Shown: positions 28,831-37,558, counted from the stretch's first letter. The stretch is DNA of 64,000 nt from Candidatus Omnitrophota bacterium (GCA_021735655.1 JAIPGM010000004.1:95874-159873), one strand, 5' to 3'. Made by a program: numbers and translations. Notes: a model not told the origin generated them from the sequence alone.

Positions 28831-29244
28831 TTATCTCCTTTTTTTAGGTGCGGTTATTGATAATGCTTCTTCAAACGGACAATCCGTTTCGTTCTGATAC
28901 TTTCGAGCACGCCAAACATGATCAAGCTGTTCTGCGATTACCACACTGCCTGAATCTGCTTCTTTTTCCGGTGCGGTCTTACTTAAAGCGTCAGTTAACG
29001 TGCATTCAAATTTCTCACGGTACTCATACGCTTTCTTTAAGTGGTCAAGACGGACATCGCCTTCACTCGCCATGCTATCGTTCTTCTTAGCAGTCGCCTG
29101 CAAGGCTTCTGTGAGTGAACAGTTGTGCCTCATCATATAAAGATTAGCGTCAATTAAATGAACGAGTTGTTTTTCTTCAGTTGACCCCGGAACATACCGG
29201 CTGTTCATCCCGCTTATTGTGTTTAATAAATGAGCTTGTTTCAT
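28831..29244 (-). CDS. Hypothetical protein with three internal repeats
   Basis: 137 aa. Repeats: CSLTEALQATAKK, CTLTDALSKTAPEK, CPFEEALSITAPKK. Confidence 0.4.
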   Translation of the reverse strand: MKQAHLLNTISGMNSRYVPGSTEEKQLVHLIDANLYMMRHNCSLTEALQATAKKNDSMASEGDVRLDHLKKAYEYREKFECTLTDALSKTAPEKEADSGSVVIAEQLDHVWRARKYQNETDCPFEEALSITAPKKRR

Positions 29245-29343
29245 TTTTTATTCCTCCTGTTTTTTTGTTTATCCACACTAAAAATATCCTTAATTTTCAA
29301 TCCATAATTACATCATTTTCACCCCCTTTTCTGATGATCGTGA

Positions 29344-29634
29344 GCGTTGTGAACGTCGATTCCACTACTTTCTAAATCCCTCTTTACGCCTCTTTTACAC
29401 CCCTTTTTTGTGACTTTCCTGACCCTTTCCCTTATATTTTTCTTTTTTTAGAACAGAGGGGTTTTTACGTTCACAATGTTCACAAACCACACAAATCCTT
29501 GTAGATTAAGAAGTTAACCACTGAGCGTAGGTGTGACCGTAGACTCTGGACGTTCACAACGTTCACACTTTTCAGTACGGTCTCGGGTCCTCACGGTCAC
29601 AACGCTCACCGACGTTCACACCGACGCTCACACC
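29344..29634. repeat. Cluster of at least 8 copies of ACG(T/C)TCACA in both orientations (iteron/operator-like)
   Basis: gcgttgtgaacgtcg; acgttcacaatgttcacaaaccacaca; gacgttcacaacgttcacac; cggtcacaacgctcaccgacgttcacaccgacgctcacacc. Lies between the primase 3' end and the 28831..29244 gene start. Confidence 0.6.
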
Positions 29635-31935
29635 ATTTTCAAAGAGCGAATTGCCCTTAGTTTTCCGTAAAATAAACAGCTTCCTGCCGGTACCGGCTTC
29701 ACGTTTATTACTACGTAAAATATCAATCCCCACACTCCTCATAACAGGTGCGATACGCATAAGTTCAGAAGCTAAAGCCCTAGCATTAGCGGGAATTGTT
29801 TTATCAAATCCTGTCTCAGGCTGAACACTTGAAAGAAGCGTAGTCGCAGAACCTGCCCATTCACCACCGTTAAATTCCACAAGATAAGTAAGCCTCTGTG
29901 CAAGCGTGCTTTCTTCGGCAGTATCTTCCCATTTATGATCAACCGACTCCTGATACTTCTGTAAAAACTCATCCTGTGAAAAGCCTAAATATCCCGACAA
30001 GCCTGAACCCCATTTAGCGAAATCCGACATCCTGAAACGTTCATGCCCTGATACTCCGTCAACAATAGCCATAGCTTTTGAAAGGGCGGTAAAGAATCCG
30101 CCGAGAATGCCCGGCAAAGAAGCCCTCCACTCATCAGCGATTTGTTTTTCAGGTCTTGTTTCTTTGAGAATAGGAATATCGAATATTATTGATCTATCTA
30201 AAAGGTCGGGTCGGCAGATGGAACTGCCTATGCCGTTTAAAACAAAACATCTGCGGTACGTCCTTATAAATTCTTCGTCATTAGTGTAGAGTGACCGTTT
30301 CATGTCGCCTTCACCGGTTACCGCACGACATAAAAAATCACTGAACCATTCAGATACACGAGAGAGATTGTCGAAGTTATTCACCCAATGCTTATCAGCG
30401 ATCATCTGAGCCTGTTCTAAGTCTTTGGGAGCCGAAATTGACATTACTTTTGACGGATCACATAAACTTTTTATTAATCGGGAATTATTTGACTTACCAG
30501 TGCCTTGCTCGCCGAGTTGGACAGGTATAACATGGGGAATATCAGGAATGAAAAACGTAGCTATAACCGTCATAAAAAGGCAGGCGTCATCTTTATTAAT
30601 ATTACAGAAGTCTAAAAGTTTTATCGGATCAAATCCTTTAACAGGCATGACCTGCTCAGACTGGTGAGGGTAACGCTTAAATATCGGCGGGAGAAAAACA
30701 ATTTCCCAGCCGTCTTTTGTAATCACAACTCCACGCCAGTCTTTAGTCGTAAGGTCGTAATAAATCGCTCCGTTATACCAGCCTACACGGTTATACAGCT
30801 CAATCTGCCGACCGCCTTCGCATTGTGCCTCAACCTGAATACGTGCCTGTTTTAACGCCTCATTGCCCGGAGGATGACCGAAATCCCTGCGGTACCGCAT
30901 TGCAAAACAGTTCCTGAAACGTGAACTGCTCGTCTGGCATACTTCAAAGTGTTTATCATAAGGAAGGACAACATAAGGATTGCCCTGCTGATCGGAAAAA
31001 TATTCCGTGATCATTTCTTCACAGTCCCGGGTTATTATCTCGCCTTGAGTAAGCTTCTTTTGCTTAGGAGTGTTTGAAGCAGTAAATTCGTCCTTAGTAT
31101 CCTGAATCGCTTTATCAATTGCCGATTCTCCGTATGTCTTGCCATCGCTAAAATGCTTCTCATCCCACTTTGATCGCATAAGACCAGAGTGACGGAACAA
31201 AGAATCCATCCCCACAGAATCTTTGCCAGTCCAAAAGGCGAGTTTATTGCATAAAGCAAGATCCGCTTCTGATTGGGAAGGATAATCATCCTGCCATCTG
31301 CCTTCATATAATTTAAAGAAACTATCTGCGTCTTTGCTTTTCCTGATCCTGTTAAGGAGAGATTTTACTTTCTTATTCTCCGCGTCCAGATTTTCAAGAT
31401 GTTCATACAAGGCTTTGAGCTTGTCGGAACATTCGACAATCTTGTCATTACAGCCCTTAACAATGTCTCCGGTCGTAATAAGAAATCTATTCCCTGAATA
31501 CATCTCCACATTAAACGAGCTGAACTTGCGGTCTCTGGGAAGCGTGCCTTTGCAGATAGTGTGAAGTCCTGTTCCGCTGACTGAATATTCTGTGTAACTG
31601 TTAAGCTCGGATATTATTTTTTGGACGAAAGGCGTAATAATTCCGTCTTTAATACAGTTATCAAAATCTATTCCCGCATGTGGCGATCTAAGGGCAAAAC
31701 CGATAGCATCAAATTTCAAGATTTCAGCTTTGGATAAAACCACATCCAACGCACACCATGTCTTTGGATTATTTGATTGGGCATGTCCGCCGGTAAGCGC
31801 ATTGATAGGTTCTTTCCGTGGCTTTTTACCTTTTTGAGGAACAAACCGGAAGCCCACCCATATAGGCAAGTCTTTCATTTCCTGCGGTATATTTTCCACA
31901 TACCATTTCTTCTCTTTTCTTCTCTCTTTCTTCAT
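29572..31935 (-). CDS. DNA primase-polymerase (prim-pol N-terminal domain) fused to a P-loop SF3-helicase-like domain (P4/D5-type primase-helicase)
   Basis: 787 aa. Prim-pol-like N-terminus. Walker A GEQGTGKSNNS mid-protein. The last ~20 codons read through the repeat cluster, so the real stop may be earlier. Confidence 0.6.
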   Translation of the reverse strand: MKKERRKEKKWYVENIPQEMKDLPIWVGFRFVPQKGKKPRKEPINALTGGHAQSNNPKTWCALDVVLSKAEILKFDAIGFALRSPHAGIDFDNCIKDGIITPFVQKIISELNSYTEYSVSGTGLHTICKGTLPRDRKFSSFNVEMYSGNRFLITTGDIVKGCNDKIVECSDKLKALYEHLENLDAENKKVKSLLNRIRKSKDADSFFKLYEGRWQDDYPSQSEADLALCNKLAFWTGKDSVGMDSLFRHSGLMRSKWDEKHFSDGKTYGESAIDKAIQDTKDEFTASNTPKQKKLTQGEIITRDCEEMITEYFSDQQGNPYVVLPYDKHFEVCQTSSSRFRNCFAMRYRRDFGHPPGNEALKQARIQVEAQCEGGRQIELYNRVGWYNGAIYYDLTTKDWRGVVITKDGWEIVFLPPIFKRYPHQSEQVMPVKGFDPIKLLDFCNINKDDACLFMTVIATFFIPDIPHVIPVQLGEQGTGKSNNSRLIKSLCDPSKVMSISAPKDLEQAQMIADKHWVNNFDNLSRVSEWFSDFLCRAVTGEGDMKRSLYTNDEEFIRTYRRCFVLNGIGSSICRPDLLDRSIIFDIPILKETRPEKQIADEWRASLPGILGGFFTALSKAMAIVDGVSGHERFRMSDFAKWGSGLSGYLGFSQDEFLQKYQESVDHKWEDTAEESTLAQRLTYLVEFNGGEWAGSATTLLSSVQPETGFDKTIPANARALASELMRIAPVMRSVGIDILRSNKREAGTGRKLFILRKTKGNSLFENGVSVGVNVGERCDREDPRPY

Positions 31936-31937
31936 TG

Positions 31938-32207
31938 TTATGCTCCGTTCTGAAATATGAAGTCTTTAACCTTCCTGTAACATTGAAATAACTGCTCCTC
32001 TTTGGAGTTATTGAAAAACTTATCCGCCAGCTTGCGTGTTTTCTCGGCATCATCGAAAAGGATTCGTTTCTGCCTGCCAACTCCCGATAAACCCTTCATG
32101 TCGCACCCCTTTGATACGAGGTACGTGGCTAAATAAATATTCCCCGCTTCAAAATAATTTTCTTCCATAATTCTTTCCTTTGCTTTTCCTGCACTAGGTA
32201 CATACAA
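31938..32207 (-). CDS. Small hypothetical protein (DUF5659-like), commonly next to mobile-element primases
   Basis: 89 aa. MEENYFEAGNIYLATYLVSKG. Directly upstream of the primase and probably co-transcribed. Confidence 0.35.
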   Translation of the reverse strand: MYVPSAGKAKERIMEENYFEAGNIYLATYLVSKGCDMKGLSGVGRQKRILFDDAEKTRKLADKFFNNSKEEQLFQCYRKVKDFIFQNGA

Positions 32208-32217
32208 CTTTTTTCCT

Positions 32218-32995
32218 TAAAATGTTGCACCCATTTTCAGATATACGACGTACCCCTGAAAACTGTCGGGATTTATTTCCCTATGGGGTATATACGACGA
32301 CTTTTCGCATTTTGTCCCACTGCAAGATGTTTTTACCCCTCACTACGTACATACAGATTTTTTTCAAAAAGTGTCCCCCCTTAGAGCGTATATACGTAAA
32401 AAAACTTTAAAATGTTGCAGGCTAAACTAAAATTTTTCATAATCAGCCATCCTCAAAGCGTATATACGGAAAAATTTCTCAAAGTGTCTCAGCTTTTTTA
32501 CATTTTTTTTAAAATCTGCCCTCCAGAGCATACATACGTATAAATTTCCCAAAATGTTGCATGCTAAATTAAAATTCTTGCCCCCACCGGGTACATACAA
32601 CTTTTTTTGCCAAAGTGTCTCACTAAAAATCAAAATATCTGTCCCATAGCGTATATTCCCCGCATTTCTCAAAAGTGTCAGAAATATTTTCTTCCCACAG
32701 CGTACATACCGGGTTTTTCCAAAAAGTGTCGGGCTTATTTTGCTTCTATTCATGTATTCAGGATTTTTTCGAAAAGTGTCGGATTTTTCTAACCCCCTAT
32801 TAGTACATTCCGGATTTTTCTACAAAGTGTCGGAACTTTTTTTATTTTTCCTGCAACACTTTCAAGGAAAACGTCGTATATACGTATTAGGGTGGGACAC
32901 TTTCGCCTAAAAAACTGTATATACGTAGTAGGGAGGTAATTTTCTTGAAGAAATTTCCGACACTTTCGGCATTTTTCCGGAATATACATATATGG
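32218..32995. repeat. Iteron-like array: about 11 direct and 3 inverted copies of a bipartite motif (C)GTATATAC(G) ... ~10-12 nt ... AAAGTGTC, period ~50-70 bp
   Basis: Direct units start near 32241, 32290, 32348, 32389, 32460, 32530, 32592, 32651, 32703, 32753 and 32803. Inverted units lie at 32853..32991. CGTATATACG is itself a palindrome. Confidence 0.8.
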
Positions 32996-33059
32996 AGGGT
33001 ATTAGCTTGACTTGTCCCGAAGGGTGTTATAGGGGTGTTGTATTAAGGAGGTTTTAAAA

Positions 33060-34715
33060 ATGAGCGCAGAGAAGAAAAGAAAAAAGTTCGTGATTTACAC
33101 ACGCTGTTCAACTGATGATCAGGCAAAGGGTGATTTCACCACGCTTGACGCTCAGGCTCACCACTGCCGGAATATGCTTGATGCATTCGGCTACGAAATG
33201 GCTGATTTTGGGGATAAAGGCATCATTAATGATGACGGCTATTCAGGCAAAGATCTGAACCGCCCCGGCATTCAAGCTATTCTTAAAGACATCCAATCCA
33301 AGAAGTCGTTTGACGGTATTATATTCTTCAGGCTTGATAGGCTGACGCGCAATCCTCGTGACCTTTACGGCATGATCGACACGTTTAAGGCTGAGGATAT
33401 CGACTTTTTATCAGTGAGAGAAAATCTGGACAGCTCAACAGCCATAGGCAGGGTTATGATCGGCATAATCGGCTTATTGTCGGCATTTGAGCGTGAACTT
33501 ACAGGTGAACGCGTCCGTGCTTCGGCTATCGCCAGAGCAAGGCAGGGCAAATGGGTCGGCGGCAAACCGCCTTTTGGTTATAGGTTGGTTAAAACCGGGG
33601 AACAATTATCGAATGGCCGTAGACCCAGCCGAATAGTTATCGATACAGCTATCGCGCCTTATATCCATATGATCTTTAAACTGGCCGCTGATAATAAAAC
33701 TCTCTCGGAAATCGGAAATGAACTCCTCAAAAGAAACGTTCCCACGTTCAAAAGTAAAGTATGGTGCAAACAAACAATATCGAAAATCATCAAAAACCCT
33801 TTTTATAAAGGAATGATTTCTTACGCGGGGGAAATAAGCAAAGGATTACATGAAGCGATCGTAAATGAAGCCCTTTGGAGAAAAGCGAATAAAATTATAT
33901 CCGCTAATATCCCCGGGCATAGATTTCTGAAAACCACGCATGATTATAAACACCTGCTAAAAGGTATTCTTCGCTGTGGATCATGCGGAAGCTATTATAT
34001 CTCCACACACGCTAAAGGAAATATGGGGAATAAATTCTATTATTACGAATGTAGCAAGACACGCCAAAAGCTCGGATGTAACGCGAAAAGAATATCATCG
34101 ACCGGATTTGATCAAGCTGTCATTAAATTCCTAAACAGAGCCTCAGAGGATCAGGATATCATTATCAACGCCATAGGAAACGCCATTAAAGATTCCTCCG
34201 CTAATCTGCATAAATACGATAAAGACATCCGTGAAATAAAAAAGAAAATTGACTCAGTAAAAGAGTCAACAGATAAACTGATCGATCTGGCTATGAATAG
34301 CGTTATCCCCAAGGGACGCACATATTCAGAAAAAATGGACGCTCTTGAGTTAGAGTTAACTTTGCTTGAGGATAAACTTTCGAAGAAGGAGGCTAATAAA
34401 AAAGCCGCTGAAATGTCGGTACACTCCAACGAATACCTGCACACAAACCTTAAGATCGCTATGCAATACCTCGAGCAAGCCCCGCCAGACGCCCAAATCG
34501 CCCTTTTAAAGGTGCTTATCAAAGAAATAAGGCTCTATGACGATCATGTTAAGCTGGAAATGTATATCGGCGAGCCTGACGGCGGGATTGTGCGGGATCT
34601 AATCCTGAAGGAACCCCAAAAACAGCAAACTCCGCCCCCTTTTGAGGGACAGAGTTCGACTGGTTGTCAACTATGGCGGGGTCGATGGGATTCGAACCCA
34701 CGATCACCTGCGTGA
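33060..34715 (+). CDS. Large serine recombinase (integrase)
   Basis: 551 aa. Resolvase catalytic N-terminus FVIYTRCSTDDQ. Recombinase domain. Zn-ribbon CGSCGSYY...YYECS...GCNAKR. Coiled coil. The 3' end overlaps tRNA-Asp by 39 nt. Confidence 0.85.
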   Translation: MSAEKKRKKFVIYTRCSTDDQAKGDFTTLDAQAHHCRNMLDAFGYEMADFGDKGIINDDGYSGKDLNRPGIQAILKDIQSKKSFDGIIFFRLDRLTRNPRDLYGMIDTFKAEDIDFLSVRENLDSSTAIGRVMIGIIGLLSAFERELTGERVRASAIARARQGKWVGGKPPFGYRLVKTGEQLSNGRRPSRIVIDTAIAPYIHMIFKLAADNKTLSEIGNELLKRNVPTFKSKVWCKQTISKIIKNPFYKGMISYAGEISKGLHEAIVNEALWRKANKIISANIPGHRFLKTTHDYKHLLKGILRCGSCGSYYISTHAKGNMGNKFYYYECSKTRQKLGCNAKRISSTGFDQAVIKFLNRASEDQDIIINAIGNAIKDSSANLHKYDKDIREIKKKIDSVKESTDKLIDLAMNSVIPKGRTYSEKMDALELELTLLEDKLSKKEANKKAAEMSVHSNEYLHTNLKIAMQYLEQAPPDAQIALLKVLIKEIRLYDDHVKLEMYIGEPDGGIVRDLILKEPQKQQTPPPFEGQSSTGCQLWRGRWDSNPRSPA

Positions 34716-34752
34716 CAGGCAGGGGACTTAAGCCAGGCTAATCGACGACCCC
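34677..34752 (-). tRNA. tRNA-Asp (GTC)
   Basis: Reverse strand GGGGTCGTCGATTAGCCTGGCTTAAGTCCCCTGCCTGTCACGCAGGTGATCGTGGGTTCGAATCCCATCGACCCCG. 7-bp acceptor stem. Anticodon loop CTGTCAC. TTCGAAT T-loop. G73 discriminator. Confidence 0.85.
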
Positions 34753-34823
34753 GAGTAGAAATAACTAAGTAAAATTAAGGCTGGAATCTAGATTCTACGT
34801 CTTAATTTAAAATTGTCAACTAT

Positions 34824-35018
34824 CTATTTTCGTTCGTAAACTTTCAGGAGAATTGCAATCACTAAAATCGTGTTTGCTACAGTAACCACGGCTGAAGCCC
34901 GCATAGTTGGCACAAGCTTAAAAAAACCTAAAGTGGCTGGTCCAGTAAATCTCCCAACAACTGCGTAGAAAAATAAACCAAGACCAAGAGCTATAAGAAC
35001 ATACGTAAACCCTTTCAT
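34824..35018 (-). CDS. Small two-TM membrane protein
   Basis: 64 aa. Strong SD AGGAGG 7 nt upstream of the ATG. Hydrophobic. Confidence 0.4.
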   Translation of the reverse strand: MKGFTYVLIALGLGLFFYAVVGRFTGPATLGFFKLVPTMRASAVVTVANTILVIAILLKVYERK

Positions 35019-35059
35019 TCTCTGCCTCCTTTTTTTAATTCTTCTTGGCTAAATCTAAA

Positions 35060-35133
35060 TGGGCGATACAGGACTTGAACCTGTGACCCCTTCCATGTCA
35101 AGGAAGTACTCTAGCCAACTGAGCTAATCGCCC
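35060..35133 (-). tRNA. tRNA-Val (GAC)
   Basis: Reverse strand GGGCGATTAGCTCAGTTGGCTAGAGTACTTCCTTGACATGGAAGGGGTCACAGGTTCAAGTCCTGTATCGCCCA. Anticodon loop TTGACAT. Confidence 0.85.
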
Positions 35134-35141
35134 AAAAAGTA

Positions 35142-35227
35142 TGGGCGGGGAGGGACTCGAACCCTCACGTCCCTCACGGGACATCGGATTTTAAGTCCGA
35201 GCTGTCTGCCAATTCCAACACCCGCCC
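35142..35227 (-). tRNA. tRNA-Leu (TAA), class II with a long variable arm
   Basis: Reverse strand GGGCGGGTGTTGGAATTGGCAGACAGCTCGGACTTAAAATCCGATGTCCCGTGAGGGACGTGAGGGTTCGAGTCCCTCCCCGCCCA. 86 nt. Confidence 0.85.
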
Positions 35228-35267
35228 ATACTTATTAGTAATAATTGTTGCTTATTTTATCAGCAAA

Positions 35268-35340
35268 AGGCGTGGGCCGGATTTGAACCGGCGCATAATG
35301 GTTTTGCAGACCACTGCCTTACCAACTTGGCTACCACGCC
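35268..35340 (-). tRNA. tRNA-Cys (GCA)
   Basis: Reverse strand GGCGTGGTAGCCAAGTTGGTAAGGCAGTGGTCTGCAAAACCATTATGCGCCGGTTCAAATCCGGCCCACGCCT. Anticodon loop CTGCAAA. U73 discriminator. Confidence 0.85.
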
Positions 35341-35366
35341 AGCTTTTAGAAAGAACCTATCCAAAC

Positions 35367-35561
35367 TTACTTTGCTTTTATCTTGCCGGCCCATATTTCT
35401 TTGAGCGCGATATCTAACACCTTTTCACTTGGCTTGCCAACCATTGGCTTTTCCCCATCGGCTAAAGCTATAGCTCTTTTGGCCGCTAGAATAGTAGCTT
35501 TATAAATTGAACCCTTTGTCGCCGCTAAAAGAGCTTTTAAAGGAACATTTGCTGCTTCCAC
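35367..35561 (-). CDS. rpoZ: DNA-directed RNA polymerase subunit omega
   Basis: 64 aa. SIYKATILAAKRAIAL RpoZ core. Classic position downstream of gmk. Confidence 0.7.
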   Translation of the reverse strand: MEAANVPLKALLAATKGSIYKATILAAKRAIALADGEKPMVGKPSEKVLDIALKEIWAGKIKAK

Positions 35562-35621
35562 TGTTTTTATTCTCCTCTTGTTTAAAGCTTTGTTTTTAAA
35601 ACTATCGAATTAATACCTTTG

Positions 35622-36257
35622 TCACTTAATCTTATCTTTAAGCAAGATAACTTCTAGTGTTTTTGAAGCACTTTTTATACTCTTATTAGTTACTAAATAA
35701 TCATACTGCTTAGAACTCTTCAATTCTTGTGTTGCCAGCTTCACTCTTTGATGCATAACCCCTTTGGTTTCTGAACGCTTCTTCATCCGCCGATAGAGTT
35801 CTTTCTTTGTCGGAGCAGCAATAAAAATGGTAATTATTTTACCAGCTTTATGTGTCTTTTTCAAATACAATCCACCCTTAACATCTAAGCAAAGAATTAA
35901 ATCTTTACCTTGAACTTTAGCTAAAGTATAAGAAATCTTCGGGGTGCCGTAATGATTATCTAAAACTTTTTGGCTCTCTAGAAAAAACTTCTCCTTCTCC
36001 AACCTTAAGAATTCATCCTTCTCGATAAAAAAATAATCTTTCCCCTCCTCCTCTTTCGGTCGCTTATTACGTGTGGTCACGGTAACTCCACGAACAAAAA
36101 GTTCCCGGATATCTTTTTGCTTGAATAAATGCTCAATCAGTGTAGTCTTGCCCGCTCCTCCGGGACCAGAAATAACAAAAATCCTCGGATTATTTTTTTT
36201 GGGTGCTTTTTTCTTTTTCTCTTTGCTGTTTTGTTTTTTTAATTTTTTAGTTTTCAT
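35622..36257 (-). CDS. gmk: Guanylate kinase
   Basis: 211 aa. P-loop ISGPGGAGKTT. Gmk-like nucleoside-monophosphate-binding region. Confidence 0.8.
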   Translation of the reverse strand: MKTKKLKKQNSKEKKKKAPKKNNPRIFVISGPGGAGKTTLIEHLFKQKDIRELFVRGVTVTTRNKRPKEEEGKDYFFIEKDEFLRLEKEKFFLESQKVLDNHYGTPKISYTLAKVQGKDLILCLDVKGGLYLKKTHKAGKIITIFIAAPTKKELYRRMKKRSETKGVMHQRVKLATQELKSSKQYDYLVTNKSIKSASKTLEVILLKDKIK

Positions 36258-37045
36258 TACTCTATGTTTTGAGCTTGCTCGCGTACCCTTTCTAAGTAAT
36301 TCTTGGCTTCAACAATTGAAATGGCAGCTGTCTTTTTCTTGGTTTTGCTTGAAGCCGCATTTAATTCACGAAGAATTTCTTGAGTTAAAAAATCTATAGC
36401 TTTGCCTTGTGGGGCCTGGCTTTTAGAGTTGATTTTATTCTCTAGTTTGGCAATATAAAATAGACTCAAAGATATTTCCTCGTCGATGTCCTCTTTCCCA
36501 TTTTCCATCGAAGCAATCCCCGGCTTATGTGTTTTAATTTTTACCATATTACTTTTAAGTTTTTTTAGGTTATCCAGCATTTCTTTTTTTATTATTTTGC
36601 CTTCTTTCTTTTTAAACTCTAATAGTTTAACCAAGGCTTGTTTTATGGCCGAAATAATTAAACTCCGTTCACCACCTGCTTTTTGCTCCCAAAATACTGC
36701 CTGCGGTAAACCAACAATATCGCTTATATTTATATCAGCCCGAATATTGTGTTTTTTAGCAAGGGCTTTCATTTGCGAAATATATTTTGCGACTACTTTT
36801 TCATCAACACTAACCTTCTTCGACTTAGCCCCAGTTAAAAAAACAAAAATTTCGACCTTCCCTCTAAATACATTCTTTTTGACTTGCCGCTTAATCTCTT
36901 CCTCCAACAAAATATCTTCAGCTGGCAAATTGCGGACCAATATATCCAAATACTTAAAGTTTAAAGCCCTTAGGGTTACTTGAACTGTATGGGAATCTTT
37001 ACGTTTGTACACAGATGCGTAAGCGGTCATTGATTTCATTTCCAA
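36257..37045 (-). CDS. yicC: YicC-family stress-induced protein
   Basis: 262 aa. MTAYASVYKRKDSHTVQVTLRALNFKYLDI N-terminus typical of YicC/TIGR00255. Conserved yicC-gmk-rpoZ synteny. Confidence 0.7.
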   Translation of the reverse strand: MEMKSMTAYASVYKRKDSHTVQVTLRALNFKYLDILVRNLPAEDILLEEEIKRQVKKNVFRGKVEIFVFLTGAKSKKVSVDEKVVAKYISQMKALAKKHNIRADINISDIVGLPQAVFWEQKAGGERSLIISAIKQALVKLLEFKKKEGKIIKKEMLDNLKKLKSNMVKIKTHKPGIASMENGKEDIDEEISLSLFYIAKLENKINSKSQAPQGKAIDFLTQEILRELNAASSKTKKKTAAISIVEAKNYLERVREQAQNIE

Positions 37046-37551
37046 ACTCTCCTTGTAGTGCTGTCGACTTTTTGCATTTCAGAGGCATAAAGCTCAACCA
37101 CTATTTCGTCTGGATTAAACCATAATTTGATTTCTCGTTCAGCCTCATCACTACTACTAGAAGCATGAATTACATTTTCGAATAAACCAACCGTCAATAT
37201 CCGGCCATAAGCTCCCCGGATGCTGACCGGATCAGCCTCTTCAGGATTAGTCGCTCCAGCAATATTCCTTACTTTAGCGATCGCGCCCTCCCCCCAGTAA
37301 ACCAAAGCCATAACTCTATTATCTCCATGGAGCTCTCCAGTAATATATTTGGTAAGCTCAGGATAAAAAGGTTCATTCTTTAAATGTTGATAATGTGCAT
37401 CAGCCAAATCTTTTTCTACACGTAAAACTTTTGCCCCGATAATTTTAAGTTTTGTTTCTGACAAGCGGCTTAAAATATTTCCGGTCAGCGATTTTTTTAG
37501 CCCATCGGGCTTAATGATTATTAAGGTTGATTCATTGGCCACCTTGGTCAC
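37036..37551 (-). CDS. ndk: Nucleoside diphosphate kinase
   Basis: 171 aa. TLIIIKPDG...ALVYWGEGAIAKVRNIAGATNP...IRGAYG matches the Ndk core. Confidence 0.85.
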   Translation of the reverse strand: MTKVANESTLIIIKPDGLKKSLTGNILSRLSETKLKIIGAKVLRVEKDLADAHYQHLKNEPFYPELTKYITGELHGDNRVMALVYWGEGAIAKVRNIAGATNPEEADPVSIRGAYGRILTVGLFENVIHASSSSDEAEREIKLWFNPDEIVVELYASEMQKVDSTTRRVWK

Positions 37552-37558
37552 CTCCTAC

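Larger units (their letters stand above)
17038..34676. mobile_element. Integrative genomic island (~17.6 kb) inserted at the 3' end of tRNA-Asp, carrying a large serine recombinase
   Basis: Bounded by an intact tRNA-Asp next to the recombinase and by a partial tRNA 3' direct repeat. Cargo is defence/replication genes: RM, Vsr, RadC, YhcG, primase and iteron arrays. Confidence 0.7.

Noticed and set aside
32222-32989. Four ORF-track ORFs (32222..32410, 32427..32753, 32607..32792, 32789..32989) inside the repeat array
   Set aside because: They lie entirely within the periodic iteron-like repeats and have low-complexity repeat-derived translations. Treated as non-coding.
32218-32995. Possible CRISPR array
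   Set aside because: The units are bipartite with variable internal and inter-unit spacing, not fixed-length repeats separated by unique spacers. They switch orientation, and no cas genes are nearby.
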